From Squalus acanthias (Eukaryota): a stretch of DNA of 64,000 bases. The notes under the pieces are model-generated. The model saw nothing but the letters and a program-made list of their open reading frames with translations. It ran no database searches and was not told the origin of the DNA. Below are positions 37,600 to 48,734 of the stretch, in pieces (position 1 is the first letter of the stretch; each line of letters begins with the position of its first letter). A program made the position numbers and the translations under genes. The DNA lies in assembly GCA_030390025.1 (NCBI GenBank), contig CM059432.1, forward strand, positions 82,462,001-82,526,000. Reading direction: 5' to 3'.

Positions 37600-40500
37600 T
37601 GTTGTTATGTAAGCAAACACAGGTCCTACAAGCAACAAATGAGCTAAATGATCAGTTAATCTGCTTTTAGTCGAATAGCTAAGGGAAGAATGTTGGCCAG
37701 TCTGCTAGGAGAATTCCCTGTTCTTCTTTCATTAGCACCATGAGATCTTTTATGGTCACCTGAACAAAAAGACAAGGCCTCAGTTTAACATCTCATTCAA
37801 AAGAAGGCAGCTCTGACAAAGTAAAGACGTAGCACTCCCCCAGTAAAGACGTAGCACTCCCCCAGTAAAGACGTAGCACTCCCCCAGTGAAGACGTAGCA
37901 CTCCTCCAGTAATGACGTAGCACTCCCCCAGTGAAGACGTAGCACTCCCCCAGTGAAGACGTAGCACTCCTCCAGTAATAACGTAGCACTCCCCCAGTAA
38001 TGAAGTAGCACTCCCCCAGTAATGACGTAGCACTCCCCCAGTGAAGACGTAGCACTCCCCCAGTAAAGACGTAGCACTCCCCCAGTGAAGACGTAGCACT
38101 CCCCCAGTGAAGACGTAGCACTCCCCCAGTAATAACGTAGCACTCCCCCAGTAATGAAGTAGCACTCCCCCAGTAATGAAGTAGCACTCCCCCAGTGAAG
38201 ACGTAGCACTCCCCCAGTAATGACGTAGCACTCCCCCAGTGAAGACAGTAGCACTCCCCCAGTAATAACGTAGCACTCCCCAGTAATGAAGTAGCACTCC
38301 CCCAGTAATGAAGTAGCACTCCCCCAGTAATAACGTAGCACTCCCCCAGTAATGAAGTAGCACTCCCCAGTAATGAAGTAGCACTCCCCCAGTAATGAAG
38401 TAGCACTCCCCAGTAATGAAGTAGCACTCCCCAGTAATGAAGTAGCACTCCCCCAGTAATGACGTAGCACTCCCCCAGTAATGAAGTAGCGCTCCCCAGT
38501 AATAACGTAGCACTCCCCAGTAATGAAGTAGCACTCCCCCAGTAATGAAGTAGCACTCCCCCAGTAATGAAGTAGCACTCCTCCAGTAATGACGTAGCAC
38601 TCCCCCAGTAATAACGTAGCACTCCCCCAGTAATGAAGTAGCACTCCCCCAGTAATGAAGTAGCACTCCCCCAGTAATGACGTAGCACTCCCCCAGTAAT
38701 GAAGTAGCACTCCCCCAGTAATGACGTAGCACTCCCCCAGTAATGAAGTAGCACTCCTCCAGTAATGACGTAGCACTCCCCCAGTAATGACGTAGCACTC
38801 CCCCAGTAATGACGTAGCACTCCCCCAGTAATGACGTAGCACTCCCCAGTGAAGACGTAGCACTCCCCCAGTAATGACGTAGCACTCCCCCAGTAATAAT
38901 GTAGCACTCCCCCAGTAATGAAGTAGCACTCCCCCAGTAATAATGTAGCATTCCCCCAGTAATAACGTAGCACTCCCCCAGTAATGACGTAGCACTCCCC
39001 CAGTAATAACGTAGCACTCCCCCAGTGAAGACGTAGCACTCCCCCAGTAAAGTCGTAGCACTCCCCCAGTAATAACGTAGCACTCCCCCAGTAATAATGT
39101 AGCATTCCCCCAGTAATAACGTAGCACTCCCCCAGTAATGAAGTAGCACTCCCCCAGTAATAACGTAGCACTCCCCCAGTAATGACGTAGCACTCCCCCA
39201 GTAATGAAGCAGCACTCCCCCAGTAATAACGTAGCACTCCCCCAGTAATGACGTAGCACTCCCCCAGTAATAACGTAGCACTCCCCCAGTAATAACGTAG
39301 CACTCCCCCAGTAATGACGTAGCACTCCCCCAGTAATAACGTAGCACTCCCCCAGTAATAACGTAGCACTCCCCCAGTAATGCAGTAGCACTCCCCCAGT
39401 AATAACGTAGCACTCCCCCAGTAATGACGTAGCACTCCCCCAGTAATGAAGTAGCACTCCCCCAGTAATGAAGTAGCACTCCCCCAGTAATGACGTAGCA
39501 CTCCCCCAGTAATAACGTAGCACTCCCCCAGTAATGAAGTAGCACTCCCCCAGTAATAACGTAGCACTCCCCAGTAATGAAGTAGCACTCCCCCAGTAAT
39601 GACGTAGCACTCCCCCAGTAATGACGTAGCACTCCCCCAGTAATAACGTAGCACTCCCCCAGTAATGACGTAGCACTCCCCCAGTAATAACGTAGCACTC
39701 CCCCAGTAATGAAGTAGCACTCCCCCAGTAAAGACGTAGCACTCCCCCGTAATGAAGTAGCACTCCCCCAGTAATGACGTAGCACTCCCCCAGTAATGAA
39801 GTAGCACTCCCCCAGTAATAACGTAGCACTCCCCAGTAATGACGTAGCACTCCCCCAGTAATGAAGTAGCACTCCCCCAGTAATAACGTAGCACTCCCCA
39901 GTAATGACGTAGCACTCCCCCAGTAATGACGTAGCACTCCCCCAGTAATAACGTAGCACTCCCCCAGTAATGAAGTAGCACTCCCCCAGTAATGACGTAG
40001 CACTCCCCAGTAATAACGTAGCACTCCCCCAGTAACGAAGTAGCACTCCCCCAGTAATAACGTAGCACTCCCCCGTAATGACGTAGCTCTCCCCCAGTAA
40101 AGTCGTAGCACTCCCCCAGTAATAACGTAGCACTCCCCCAGTAATGACGTAGCACTCCCCCAGTAATAACGTAGCACTCCCCCAGTAATGAAGTAGCACT
40201 CCCCCAGTAATGACGTAGCACTCCCCCAGTAATGAAGTAGCACTCCCCCAGTAATGACGTAGCACTCCCCCAGTAATGAAGTAGCACTCCCCCAGTAAAG
40301 TCGTAGCACTCCCCCGTAATGAAGTGGCACTCCCCCAGTAATGACGTAGCACTCCCCCAGTAATGAAGTAGCACTCCCCCAGTAATAACGTAGCACTCCC
40401 CAGTAATGACGTAGCACTCCCCCAGTAATGAAGTAGCACTCCCCCAGTAATAACGTAGCACTCCCCTAGTAATGACGTAGCACTCCCCCAGTAATGACGT

Positions 40501-40875
40501 AGCACTCCCCCAGTAATGACGTAGCACTCCCCCAGTAATAACGTAGCACTCCCCCAGTAATGAAGTAGCACTCCCCCAGTAATAACGTAGCACTCCCCCG
40601 TAATGACGTAGCTCTCCCCCAGTAAAGTCGTAGCACTCCCCCAGTAATAACGTAGAACTCCCCCAGTAAAGTCGTAGCACTCCCCCAGTAATGACGTAGC
40701 ACTCCCCCAGTAATGACGTAGCACTCCCCCAGTAATGACGTAGCACTCCCCCAGTAATGACGTAGCACTCCCCCAGTAATGCATTGAATTGTCTAGATTG
40801 CGTGCTCCAGTCCAGGACTGGGGCTAGACTTCTGACTCAGAAATCAGAGTGTTCCAAGTGAGTAAAACTAACACT
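37600..40875 (-). mobile_element. Decayed Deu-domain tRNA-SINE hosting the minisatellite
   Basis: 37600-37818 and 40782-40875 are colinear with the reverse complement of the SINE at 50512-50981. Confidence 0.75.
37821..40781. repeat. 22-bp minisatellite, ~135 units
   Basis: Consensus GTAGCACTCCCCCAGTAATGAC; variants end in AATAAC, AATGAA, GAAGAC, AAAGAC, AAAGTC; occasional 21-bp units. Confidence 0.98.
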
Positions 40876-41549
40876 TGTTATATATGCTAGTATATTGCTA
40901 TTTATAAATGTTCTGCCTGCAGTAATGCCAACTCAAGCGATTTAATTGTGTGACATGTGACTTTTAATGAAAATCCCCCCCACTCGCGATCTGATGGTTC
41001 ACCTCAGAAAACTCACAAGTTGAACGGTTGAGTAATTCCAAACCAGAACTTCTGTACAGAAAAAAAAGCGAACTCCGCCTGTGTGCCCCGTGCGCCTCTA
41101 TATATAATGTTCCAATTCCGAAAGGGAACAGGCTCCCATTAACTGGACAATGATTGATTGACGAGTACTTTTCGATGGATTCTTCACAAGACATAAAGGA
41201 GGCGTGACCGTGCCAGTAGACACTGACTGATTAACCCTGCAGGATGATCCGGGGGGAGGAGGGAGGGGCCAACTGGTTCAAAACTACAAGGTGTGCAACA
41301 GAAGGCTTCCTTTAATCCATGTGGGAAATCCAAAAACTAAGCTGTGAGGGGAGTTGTAGCAAAAAGGGGAAACAGTTTATAAAGGTCGGTGTAGGAAATA
41401 TGAACAATAAATCCTGCACAAAGGCCACAATGTATAATATTGTATTGAAAAATTCTAATGTGGAATCTCTCAGTTCAAAGGCATCAGACATTAATTTTCT
41501 TAAATTGTCTTCACTTTATTTTGTCTAAAATTTCACTGAGTGAGTTGAG

Positions 41550-42210
41550 CTGGTTTTTCAAGGTGAGGAGAGAAGCGAGAGGTGGAGGGGTTTAGAGAGG
41601 AAGTTCCAGAGAAAGAGACGAGGCGGCTAAAGGTTCTGCCACCAATAGTGAGGCGACGGCACTGGGAACACACAAAAGCCCAGAGTCAAAAGGCTAAAGG
41701 ATGCAGGAGGTGGTATAAAACTGGAGGCGGTTGCAGAAAGTTGGGTTGAGGTCGTGAAGGGATTTGAAGATACCGACAAAGATTCTAAGTTTAAAAAGTG
41801 TTGGGGGACACGCAGCCAAAGTTAGTTTGTGAAAATGGGGACAATGGGCGAACAGGACTGAGTGCAGAAAAGAATAAGAGGGATAAGTTTTGGACAAATC
41901 CGAAATTAGGGAGGTAGGAGAGTCAGAGCCAGAAAGAGGACATTGGAGAAAAATATTCTGTCGGTGACAAAATCATGGATAAAGCATTTCAGCAGTGCAG
42001 GAGTTGAGGTAGGAGCAGAAACAGACAGTGTTGCAGAGATGGAAACAAGAAGTTGTGGTGATGGGTAGACTGCTGTTTGGAGCTCAGCTCTGGATCAAAC
42101 AGAGGTCAAGGTCTCACATTGTCTGCTTCAGCCTGACTGAGTGGCTGGGGAGGAGGATGGAGTAAGTAACAAGGAGCAGAGTTTGTGGTGGTGGGCAAAA
42201 ACAATGATAA
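41550..42210 (-). mobile_element. Decayed L2-clade LINE 3' fragment
   Basis: Minus strand reads LFDPELS..ITTTSCFHLCN..AEM..IHDFVT, resembling the L2 ORF2 C-terminus. Confidence 0.65.
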
Positions 42211-42218
42211 AACGTATT

Positions 42219-42982
42219 GGCCCAGAAATTCACCTCTCCGGCTTGCTGCGGGGGTAAGGATCGCGCGCGCTCTTATCCACCGCGCCTGCCGTTGTGTTTT
42301 GGGCGCACGGGAACTTCGGGTCCTGGGCCTCTCCCAACTGCCGGCGCGCAGTGCTTGCGTGTTCCAGGGGCGCAGTTAGTGCGATGTGACCCCTGGGATC
42401 ACGTGGGCCATGGAGAGCCAATGGCAGCAGACCATCTTTCATTCATAGATTTGACAGAGACCTGTCAAATCTGTGAATTGAAATCGGCCCCAAAAGAACA
42501 GCTAAACTTAAAATAAATTTTTTTTAAAAACCATCACATTTATAAAATAACTATAGTTAAATAAATTAACCACTTTAAACAAAAATTTAAATTTTTGAAA
42601 AAATTAAAATACTTTTTAAAAGTTATAAAAATAAACTTACCTTTCTTTAAAGTATCTAAAAAAGATAAACCTGTTGAAAAAAATTTAAAATTATACTTAA
42701 TTAACCACTTACCTTGTTCAAAACGGGTCTTGCGCTTCCTTTTCATTAGCGTAGTATCTTCCATACTTAACCTCACGTAGAAACCTGAAAAAAAATCTAA
42801 GTGTGCTGCGTGCGCACAGCCTCTAGCGCGCACGCGGTTCACCTAGGAACCGCCCCCTTCACCATACCGGAAGTTCCGGTTTCCCGCGCATGCGCAGTGC
42901 ATGCAGGAAACCGGCACTTCGGGAAGCAATACGGGTGAGTACACAGTGCGTACTCACCCGGGAAGTGCCGAATTTTGGGGCC
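42219..42982 (-). mobile_element. Harbinger-type MITE (764 bp), inverted copy of 62604-63367
   Basis: TIRs GGCCCAGAAATT / AATTTTGGGGCC; colinear with the 62604 copy over the full length. Confidence 0.88.
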
Positions 42983-43452
42983 AATGTTACTTCTGGACCA
43001 TCTCAGACACAGCATGTATAATAGAGTAGGTTTGGGCTTTGGTTCACAGGAGAGTTGAGGCTTGATTTTAACATCAGGCATCAAACAGGCGGGCAGTGGG
43101 CGGAATGCTTGCCTCTTCCTACTGGCAGGTGGCCCAGGCCATAAATATATTGTATGACTAATTTATATTAGTCATTGTAACCTTAAACTGAGATACATGG
43201 CAGCATGGTGATAACGGGTAGGATTTTTAAAATGTTTTTTGTAAAGCATTTTCAGACGCAGTAATACAGGACTGAATTTTAATCCTTTGGTGAGTTGGGA
43301 GCAGAAGCGGTCGGGAAAGCCAGGAGAACGGGTTTAAGAGTTTGTCTCATGATTTATGAGACGGTGGGTTGGCATTACTGTGCCTGAGTCACAGCACATG
43401 CTGGGCATTGTCTCACAGTCTGCTTTCATAACTAGTTTAATTGGCTGGTTAC

Positions 43453-43902
43453 AAAGAAAGAAAGACTTGCATTTATATAGCGCCTTTCACAACCACCGGG
43501 CGTCCCAAAGCGCTTTACAGCCAATTACGTACTTTTTGAAGTGTAGTCACTGTTGTAATGTAGGAAATACGGCAGCCAAAATTGCGCACAGCAAGCTCCT
43601 ACAAACAGCAATGTGATAATGACCAAATAATCTGTTTTTGTTCTGTTGATTGAAGGATAAATATTGTCCAGGACACCGGGATAACTCCCCTGCTTTTCTT
43701 CAAAATAGTGCCATCTTTTGTGGGATCTTTTACATCCACCTGAGAGAGCAGACAGGGCCTCGGTTTAACATCACATTCGAAAGATGGCAACTCCAACAGT
43801 GCAGCACTCCCTCAGGACCACAAGTCCCTGGAGTGGGACTATGAACCCACAACCTTCTGACTCAGAGGCGAGAGTGCTACCAACTGAGCCACAGCTGACA
43901 CT
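43453..43902 (-). mobile_element. tRNA-derived Deu-domain SINE (SacSINE1-like)
   Basis: A box TGGCTCAGTTGG, B-box-like GGTTCATAGTCC, core ..TTAAACCGAGGCCCTGTCTGC.., tail GCGCTATATAAATGCAAGTCTTTCTTT. Confidence 0.85.
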
Positions 43903-45480
43903 GTTTCTATAAAGCTGCCCTCTAATAACAAATACAATAAAGTTATTCATAGGAAAGCAGTTTTGTCCACTGTAGTCTATGTAATCTATACAACAGCATC
44001 ACAGCATTCAACATAATGTACATAGTGTAAAAATTACCATTTAATTCATTCTTTAAAAACATATAATTACAAGCAGACACATTTTAAATTGAAGGAGCAA
44101 GATGTTTTGTTTGCATTATTTCTATATTTTACATGATGGTGTATTCCGCCCTCAATTCTCTATGGGTACTTTTAATATATTTCCTCTTTATTATTTATAG
44201 AATTGCTTTCAAAAAATCCGAAACCAGCTGGTCCAATCTCCCTCCAGATCAGTTGGTCTGACTGACACTTATCACGTCTGTCACTGACCATTGCACTGCC
44301 TGCTGAACAGGATCAGAATGCCAAAGCATGGGAATCCACAGCTGCAGTCTCCCCACATTCAGAACATTGCCCCTGGCAGGATAGCACCACCACCACTCTG
44401 CTTCAAACATAAAAATAGGCTTCATTTTTATTTCTCAGTTATATTTTTTACTCCAATATTGTTAGTAGAAATCCAATATTCATGGTTCCACCACTGTCAA
44501 TTATGGGATTAGATTTTTATGTTAATAAGTGTGTTTGCATTAAGATTCTATTTGACAAAGACTATAAGAGAAAGGACAAATGTACGCACAAATCTAATCT
44601 TCAATCCAAATATGTTGATTTCATATCATTACTCATAGTATGACGATGAATGAGTAAAGGATGTATATAAGCATTCAGAAACTGAATCTACTAACAACTC
44701 CAAAAATGGTGAACATCTCCTAAATACTCAATGTACCTTTTAAAAAACAAGTACACTAAGTCACTGGATATTTTGGAAGATCCCCAAGAGATGAATTTGC
44801 CAAAGTAGAAAAGAATCTAATAATTCACCTCCTATCACAAGTGTGTGAGATTTGTCATAATTAAACATTTTACTACCTCAGATTCAGTCCTGAGCCAATA
44901 AGCTTGAACTGTTAAATTATCTGTCTATAAGTGCACATAAATAGGGTGCAGAATCTAACAAAAGAGTAAATCCTACAATGTAGTGTTTTTAATTGCAATC
45001 AATAGCAAAATTAACTTTCCAGGAAAGGATTAATGTGCTCAGGAGTTCAAAATAAATTAACATTGTGGCTTCCGCTGACAAGTATCTGCCACTAATTCAG
45101 ACAAATCCCCGTAACAAGGTCCCCATAACGGCTGAAGAGCTTGCAAAAGGAACATTTTGGAGAAGCCTATTTTCTCCCCTACTCAGGAGTGATATTACTG
45201 ATTCCAACAAACGCCATCAGCTGCAGTTACTTTATAAATATAATCAAAGCGAACCAACAGCATTTTTAACAAAAAACATGGCACCTTTATTAATGTAAAT
45301 TTTAACAAAAAAGATCAGAAGATTGAATATTTGTAGATGTAGTGCTCCTCGATTTTGTTTGGCATTGTTATCTTACACAGGCATTGTTATCTTGATGCGG
45401 AGATGCCGGTGTTGGACTGGGGTGGACAAAATTGAGAGGTCGCACAACACCAGGTTATAGTCCAACAGTTTTATTTTAAA

Positions 45481-45518
45481 TCACAAGCTTTCGGAGTTAC
45501 AACTCCTTCGTCGGGTGA
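45481..45518 (-). ncRNA. Minimal hammerhead ribozyme motif (left arm; core variant CCGACGA)
   Basis: TCAC-CCGACGA-A-GGAGT-TGTA-ACTCC-GAAA-GC-TT-GTGA. Confidence 0.65.
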
Positions 45519-46002
45519 AGTGAGGAGATACAGAATCGTCAAAGCATATATAGATAGAGAACAATGCATGTGTAACTTACAATTGCAGACAACTAAATTC
45601 AATCATCCTGACTGTTTATCTGCCGAGGTGTGATAAAGTTAATCAGGTCAGCCAGGAAGGTACCACATCAAAGACATAGCAAGATACAACTGAGACAATG
45701 AGGTGGAGTCGCATGGGGTCTAACGTGTCAAAAGCTGCCGTCTGTATAAAAATTTTAAAGTTAATCGTTTTACATACAGACGGCAGCTTTTGACACGTTA
45801 GACCCCATGCGACTCCACCTCATTGTCTCAGTTGTATCTTGCTATGTCTTTGATGTGGTACCTTCCTGGCTGACCTGATTAACTTTATCACACCTCGGCA
45901 GATAAACAGTCAGGATGATTGAATTTAGTTGTCTGCAATTGTAAGTTACACATGCATTGTTCTCTATCTATATATGCTTTGACGATTCTGTATCTCCTCA
46001 CT

Positions 46003-46040
46003 TCACCCGACGAAGGAGTTGTAACTCCGAAAGCTTGTGA
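46003..46040 (+). ncRNA. Minimal hammerhead ribozyme motif (right arm; core variant CCGACGA)
   Basis: Same motif as the left arm, on the opposite strand. Confidence 0.65.
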
Positions 46041-46217
46041 TTTAAAATAAAACTGTTGGACTATAACCTGGTGTTGTGCGACCTCTCAATTGTTATCTTG
46101 CACAGGCAATGTATATAGTAAGACTCCGAGAGGCAACGTGCTTTGATGCTCCTTTAGCCAGATCTATCTTTAACACATTTCCCCTTTATGCACAATATTG
46201 ATCCACTCACTTATAAC

Positions 46218-46359
46218 TAATGTTCCCTTTAATTTTTTTTGGGTGCGCGGCCCATTCAAATCTTCACACATGCGCGGTTCTTCCAACTGAAAAGCCAGTG
46301 AGTGGCCTGCGCGGGACCTCCAGACCGCTGCACAGCCACGCAGCTTAACAGGAACATTG
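46218..46359. mobile_element. hAT-type MITE (142 bp)
   Basis: Perfect 8-bp TSD CTTATAAC (46210-46217, 46360-46367); TIRs TAATGTTCC / GGAACATTG. Confidence 0.85.
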
Positions 46360-46522
46360 CTTATAACCCCTCATCACATAATCACCTTCAGCAATATTCC
46401 TAGATCATGATCAGATTTCGCAGAGAACTTAAGCAGTCATTTTCAATGTGGCTCAGAAACAATGAGACGGTAATGTCCTGTAGTTTAATGGGGTTTGCTG
46501 TTTTCCCTGCTCAAGAGAAATT

Positions 46523-47199
46523 GGCCTTGATATTAAACACCACGACAGGCGGGAGAGGGTAAAAATGAAAAAATAGGGTAAGCGTCCCCAACCCCGTTTG
46601 CTGTTTTTACAGCGGTGGATTTCATGGTGTCCACCTGTCTTGTCATGGAGAGGCGGGGCACTTTATTAACATATTTAAATCGGGCTCCCACAGTGCCTCT
46701 CCCTCCAGCCGATCATGGCCAATTCCACCATCCCCCAAGCCCGATCACTGACTTCCCCCTCCCCCCCACTTCCACAACGGTCTCTCTCCCCCTCCCCCAC
46801 ACCAAGCCCGATCACTGACCTTCCCCCCACCCCCCTTCCCACTTCCACAACAGTCTCTCTCCCCCTCCCCCACACCAAGCCACGATCGCTGACCTCTCCA
46901 TGCCGCAATCGCAGGCATTTTCTCCCTATCCCCCACCCCACCCCCCTCACAGCCCCAAACGCCGACCTTCCCCCTCTCGACTGCCGGGAACCATCCCCAA
47001 GGGTCCATGTCCTCCTGCCACTGGTTTTCCTGCCGGGCAGCCGGCCGGGCAGTCAATTTGACCAGCTGCAGGGTGGGAAACGGAAGAAAAAAACGATAAT
47101 GAGATTTTGCCATTAAGTTCGGTAGGATCTCCACGTCCCGGCCTTGCCAGGTTCCTCGGTCGTTTTCCACCCCCCCTGCCTCCCTGTAAATATCGGGGC
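46523..47199. mobile_element. Harbinger-type MITE with internal C-rich ~70-bp duplications
   Basis: TIRs GGCCTTGATATT / AATATCGGGGC, perfect ATT TSD; related to 460-1182. Confidence 0.8.
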
Positions 47200-48734
47200 A
47201 TTGAGTTTCTTCATGGATCTGGACCCTCTACAGATATCTGCTCCTTTCAGCAGAGAAGGCAAGATAGCAAAATGAAGGATAAAAAAACAGAATAAGAAGA
47301 AATCCACTCCCTTCTCTCCTGTGTATTTTTATCTTTGCTAAGCCTTAACTATTGGCTTCCTGAAAATAGTTCCTATCCCTCCTCCCCCGGACAAGCTGCT
47401 TTTTGTCCCACACTTCCATTAGACCATCTGTTACACTGATTCCTAGGATTTACACTTGCAATCTATATCTTTTTTTTGAAACATCCGTATTCAGGCTACA
47501 TTCTGAAATGTATATATTTGTTTAATCAATATTTGAGTTTTAAAATGTTTCAATTACAACCAATGGCTTTCACCCTCCTAAAAGGCTCCAACTTTGCAAG
47601 AAGTTGCTGGCTGCCCTGTAACAGATCCAGTTTACATCAGCAGTTATTACAAATTTCACATCCGCTGTAGATGTTCTCTCAGGTTCAGTGACACTGGTCA
47701 TTCCTGTAAGTGGATCATACATCTCTGGCCTTCCAGAGTTAACTCACACTGCCCAATATTCACCTATACGATAACGTCACCCAGGAGATGTAACAATACA
47801 TCCCCCTTGTCATACAAACTGTGTCTTTCGCATGTGCCCTCATGTTCACTGCTCCAGAGGCAGAACTGATGAACCCTCTCGCGAGCTGAGGTTAATGAAA
47901 AATCAAGAAGCTGGTTTATTTTCCAGAACGCGCATGACTGAACGGGGTAGTATTGCCATACTTTTTTTAAGCTTCTTCTGTAACGCTTCTCATGACATAT
48001 AAAACAACAAAACTGCACTACACTATCCCACATTGGCAGGCAGAATTCCCATTGTTGGAATTTTCCTGTCAGTGGTGAGTTTTGAATTAAAGTACAGTAG
48101 TTTAAACACTTCGCCTTACCCTTTCTGTGGAAAAATGATCAAAAATCGCAAAACACGGCAGCAATCTTTAGACCAAGCGTGCACCCTGTGGATACAGGTG
48201 TCATTTTTATGGGTCTCCACTTCTATTTCCTCTCCTTAGTGCACCAGGGATTGGAGCACATAGAGCATTAGGCACAGGAAAATCAAGGACTTCTGAGTTG
48301 ACACCCAGATCAACAAGACCAACCTCAGGGTAGGTCTAACTACAGAGCATATTCAAAATTATGTTACGGCCTACAATATAAATTGGCAACCAGTCTCATC
48401 ACCCTGTTTTTTCTTATTTTAATGTAAATGTACCAAAATGTAAATATATATGTGTATCTATGTAAACATAGCATGTGCACACATGCATAATAGTTTGTTG
48501 GAAGTATTTTGTCTGTTTAGATTTTAGCACCGAGATGCCAAAAGCAACTGGTGTGAAATTACTGCACATGATGGCAGGAATATGAAACAATGAGAGCATG
48601 TACAGTAATTTATTTAGTGTTTCCAGCACTATAAAACCAGAGGCTCCACTGGAAACAGAAAACAAAAAAAATAACAACTTTGAATATTGAGCCTGTAATG
48701 CAGTTCTGAAATTCAGTATTGATGTGTTACAAAG

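Larger units (their letters stand above)
45394..46091. mobile_element. ORF-less Penelope-like fold-back element (family 2): perfect 318-bp inverted repeat, 26-bp spacer, ~36-bp one-sided tail
   Basis: Arms 45430-45747 and 45774-46091 checked block by block with no mismatch; TSD ATTGTTATCTTG (45383-45394, 46089-46100); outer ~100 bp homologous to 52660-52755. Confidence 0.92.

Noticed and set aside
37821..40781. CRISPR-like array
   Set aside because: No unique spacers: the variable part is ~5 nt drawn from a few recurring variants. No cas genes, and the context is eukaryotic.
37780..40784. 874-995 aa ORFs on the minus strand
   Set aside because: By-product of a stop-free 22-bp repeat read in rotating frames.
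47764..48065. Open frame with a superficial GPCR-tail-like look (FCCFICHEKRYRRSLKK)
   Set aside because: No recognisable domain, no convincing upstream exon, and a length compatible with chance.
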